A stretch of DNA of 61,467 bases, counting the filler, from Actinomycetota bacterium (GTDB lineage: Bacteria > Actinomycetota > Acidimicrobiia > Spongiisociales > UBA4744), in NCBI GenBank assembly GCA_013152275.1. It is 6 parts of 6 records of this genome, joined end to end, with 100 filler letters (N's around TTAATTAATTAA, not from the genome) between each part and the next. Parts side by side here need not be neighbours in the genome. Positions count along the whole stretch, not along the records: positions 58,012 to 61,467 come from JAADGS010000068.1; 5 more parts are not named here. One strand, given 5' to 3'. The position numbers and the translations under genes were made by a program. Under the pieces are notes generated by a model, which saw nothing but the letters and a program-made list of their open reading frames with translations, did no database searches and had not been told where the DNA came from. This document shows positions 58,989 to 61,467 of this stretch, piece after piece. The stretch's first letter is position 1. Each line of letters starts with the position of its first letter.

Positions 58989-59735
58989 TCAGAACGGCAG
59001 GTTCGGGGCGTAGAACAGTGCCAGCGTGGTGATCAGGTTGAACCCGGCGTGGGTGAAGATCGAGCGACTCAGGTTGCCGGACCGAACGGCAAGATAGCCG
59101 AGGATCGAGCCGACGATGAAGAGCTCCGGGATGACCACGGCTGCGGCCTGGATTGCGCCGGCGTCGAGAAGGTGGAACGCGGCGAACACCAGCGCCTGGA
59201 TGACGACCGCCGACACGACCGAGTGTTTTCGGAGGAGCGTGCGTAGCAGCAGTCCACGAAAGGCGAGTTCCTCCGTGACCGGGCTCAGGACGACGACGCC
59301 GAACAGCACCATGATCCTTGTCGGGATGTCTGACACGTCTGCAACCGCCTGCACGACATCCTGGGGGCTCTGGTTGATGCCGAGCGCCTGGGCAAGGGGT
59401 GAGAAGGCGAGTCCCAGCCCGACGAGCAGCGCTGCCCCGACCAGAAGGAACGCGACATCTCTGGCCTTGACGACGAGGCCGTAGTCGGTGGAGAGCTTCC
59501 CCGTGGCCCGTCGCTGGGCGATCCAGGCAAGAGCGAGCAACTCACCGAACACCTGCGCCGGGAGGATGATCCAGAATGCGGCCCGTGAGGGAATGCCCGT
59601 CGTCAACTGATCGAGGGGGATCGCTCCGGCAGCAACGGCTGCGATCGTCGCGATGACCGAGGTGGTGAGGCCGGCGACAAACACGAGGATGAAGTCGACG
59701 TAGGTGAAACGGCTCTGCGGAGTTTGGTCGATCAC
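58989..59735 (-). CDS. CPBP (Abi/CAAX) intramembrane protease
   Basis: EELAFRG, FAAFH, HAGFN. Confidence 0.88.
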   Translation of the reverse strand: MIDQTPQSRFTYVDFILVFVAGLTTSVIATIAAVAAGAIPLDQLTTGIPSRAAFWIILPAQVFGELLALAWIAQRRATGKLSTDYGLVVKARDVAFLLVGAALLVGLGLAFSPLAQALGINQSPQDVVQAVADVSDIPTRIMVLFGVVVLSPVTEELAFRGLLLRTLLRKHSVVSAVVIQALVFAAFHLLDAGAIQAAAVVIPELFIVGSILGYLAVRSGNLSRSIFTHAGFNLITTLALFYAPNLPF

Positions 59736-59927
59736 AGGCCGTGAGGGTAGCCGGGTCGCCCACCGGGGTGAGGCGGACGCTCACGGAGCGACGCCGGGCG
59801 CCGGTGGCTGCCGACACGCCGCGCGTCGGGTTCGCCGGCAGGGAGCGGTCTGTTGCGACTCCCACTTCTTGACACACACACCTAGCATGAACAAATCATG
59901 GTACTACCTACTAGGGAAGGAGTTGCC

Positions 59928-60362
59928 ATGGATACACGGGGGATTCGTGTAACCAGCGATCGTCGGTTGCTCGCACCGCTCGTCGCGCTGGTCGTGTTTG
60001 CCGCGACGCTCTTCGCGGTGGCGCCGCCTGCTGCCGCGACGTGTTCGGGGAACGTGGCGCGAACAACACCCTCAAACAAGCTGTTGGTGGCCAACTACCT
60101 GGCCTATTGGTCCACTTCCACTGATTCGGCCGGCGCGCCGTGTGTCGACGTGAACGTCATCAACGAGGGGTGGGATGACAACGCCTTCCGGGGCGCCTAC
60201 AAGGGGAGTGACGGGAACTGGCATCTTGGCACACTGGGATGGGTGGGGATCAATGAGGGCTATCTTGGCGTCGTGATAACCGACCTGACACCAACGGGGG
60301 TTCCCGTGAAGGCGGCGAACGAGTATGACGGAGGGAATTGGGACATCAGGATCCTTACCTAG
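59928..60362 (+). CDS. Small secreted protein
   Basis: AAGGAG RBS; Sec signal ending PPAAA|TC; two Cys; Gly/Trp/Asn-rich mature part. Confidence 0.7.
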   Translation: MDTRGIRVTSDRRLLAPLVALVVFAATLFAVAPPAAATCSGNVARTTPSNKLLVANYLAYWSTSTDSAGAPCVDVNVINEGWDDNAFRGAYKGSDGNWHLGTLGWVGINEGYLGVVITDLTPTGVPVKAANEYDGGNWDIRILT

Positions 60363-60467
60363 CCGGTTGGGCTCGGGTAGGTCACGAATGTCGTCTCACA
60401 CCCCTGGTTGCCCGGCGCTTCGCGTCGGCATCCTGCGGCGTCGTGCAGCCGGGGGGAGGCGGGTGTC

Positions 60468-61467
60468 GTGATTCGCAGTGTGGCGTTGCTCGTAGCCGCG
60501 CTGCTGGGCCTCTCGGCGTGTTCGGTGGCGACACCGCCAGGTTCCGGTTCGGGTACCGTATCGTCGGGTACCCCTGGGACGTCGAGTACCCAGGGGATGC
60601 CGCAGGCCGATATCCCGGAGGGGCTTTCGGCGGCGTTCCTTGCGTATCGGTATCCGGTTGACGGGGCCGACTGGGCGTTGGGGTGGCGGACCTATGAGCT
60701 GCCGATCGAGAAGCGGTTCTTGCGGTTCTTGGGGGCGTGTGTCGTAGACGCGGGGTATCGGGCGTTGGGCCGGGCGGTGCGAGAGGCGAAGAACGTCGGA
60801 GTCCCGTCCGAGGGTTGGTTGTTTCCGGATCTGGATGTGTTGCGGCAGCGGGGGTTCGAGTGGGATGACGCGGACCCGGCGCTGAGCGTGATCGGGTCGG
60901 TCAGTGACATGTCCGGGGTTTCTGCAGAAGAGCAGGACAGTTCCCTGGACATCCTGCGCGGTGACCTGGAACGTTGGCCGCAGTTCGGGATTCCGGCGAC
61001 GATCGATGCGGCGCGCGGGTTGAACGACGATGTGACCGCGTGTGAAGTGAAGGCGGGTGACGCGTCGTACGGCAGGCTCGAGGATGCGGATCTGGGGTTC
61101 GCGAGGCAGTGGTTGTTTGCGGTGCAGCGCATGGAGACCGACGATGCGGAGGTGTCGGCGGCGGCGGGCGACGCGTTGGTGTGCGCACGGCAGATCGATC
61201 CGTTGTTCGCCGATGCGTCGTCGCTGGTTGAGTGGCTCGCGATGTTGGACGGTGAGTCGATCAACCTGGACTACGGGGGCGCTTCGACCGAGGAGGTCGA
61301 TGCGAAGCGCCGTGCGTGGGGTCAGGCGTACGGTGTGTGTGTCGGACCGTTGGTGGAGGTGCGCAGGCGGAAGCGGCTCGTGTTGCGTGAGCAGATCGTC
61401 AACGAGCAGCTCCCGCAGCTTCTCGAGATTCAGGCGAGGCTCGATGCTGCCCTCGATGAACCGGCCG
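60468..61467 (+). CDS. Lipoprotein, runs off window
   Basis: GGAGG RBS; VIRSVALLVAALLGLSAC lipobox; frame open to the window end by manual translation; several spaced Cys. Confidence 0.75.
   Translation, partial: MIRSVALLVAALLGLSACSVATPPGSGSGTVSSGTPGTSSTQGMPQADIPEGLSAAFLAYRYPVDGADWALGWRTYELPIEKRFLRFLGACVVDAGYRALGRAVREAKNVGVPSEGWLFPDLDVLRQRGFEWDDADPALSVIGSVSDMSGVSAEEQDSSLDILRGDLERWPQFGIPATIDAARGLNDDVTACEVKAGDASYGRLEDADLGFARQWLFAVQRMETDDAEVSAAAGDALVCARQIDPLFADASSLVEWLAMLDGESINLDYGGASTEEVDAKRRAWGQAYGVCVGPLVEVRRRKRLVLREQIVNEQLPQLLEIQARLDAALDEPA

Overview
High-GC bacterial DNA. Gene content (F420-type LLM oxidoreductase, SARP/BTAD regulator, lipoproteins) suggests an actinobacterium, possibly Acidimicrobiia-like; this is inference. 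The window is six contigs joined by five artificial 100-nt N/TTAATTAATTAA/N linkers, so adjacency across gaps is not proven. Contig 1 (1-21725): fbaB, an RraA-family gene, a deletion-broken SDR, a complete trpE-G-D-C-F-B-A-aroF operon under a WWW leader-peptide attenuator, and ppc. It also carries a candidate peptide-signalling locus: a large wHTH-BTAD-ATPase-TPR-DUF1670 regulator, an unannotated 30-aa 'signal peptide + SISDMS' ORF behind a SARP-like promoter, and an orphan membrane histidine kinase. Contig 2 (21826-26611): a tRNA-Val att fragment, an integrase-tail relic, HEPN-like, DUF4365 and HIT cargo genes, and a tyrosine integrase. Contig 3 (26712-49021): a ~21 kb GntR-associated catabolic cluster (E1 alpha/beta, mmsA, Liv-type ABC, Tm-1-like, TIM-barrel, His-domain phosphotransferase lacking its ATP-grasp partner, P-loop protein, Mo-hydroxylase, cyclase, ADH). 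Contigs 4-6: isobutyryl-CoA-mutase-type enzyme, LLM oxidoreductase, a DUF559 endonuclease embedded in a dispersed palindromic repeat family, sufCSU, trpS, a CPBP protease and a secreted protein/lipoprotein pair. All family calls come from motif recognition by eye; no database search was run.
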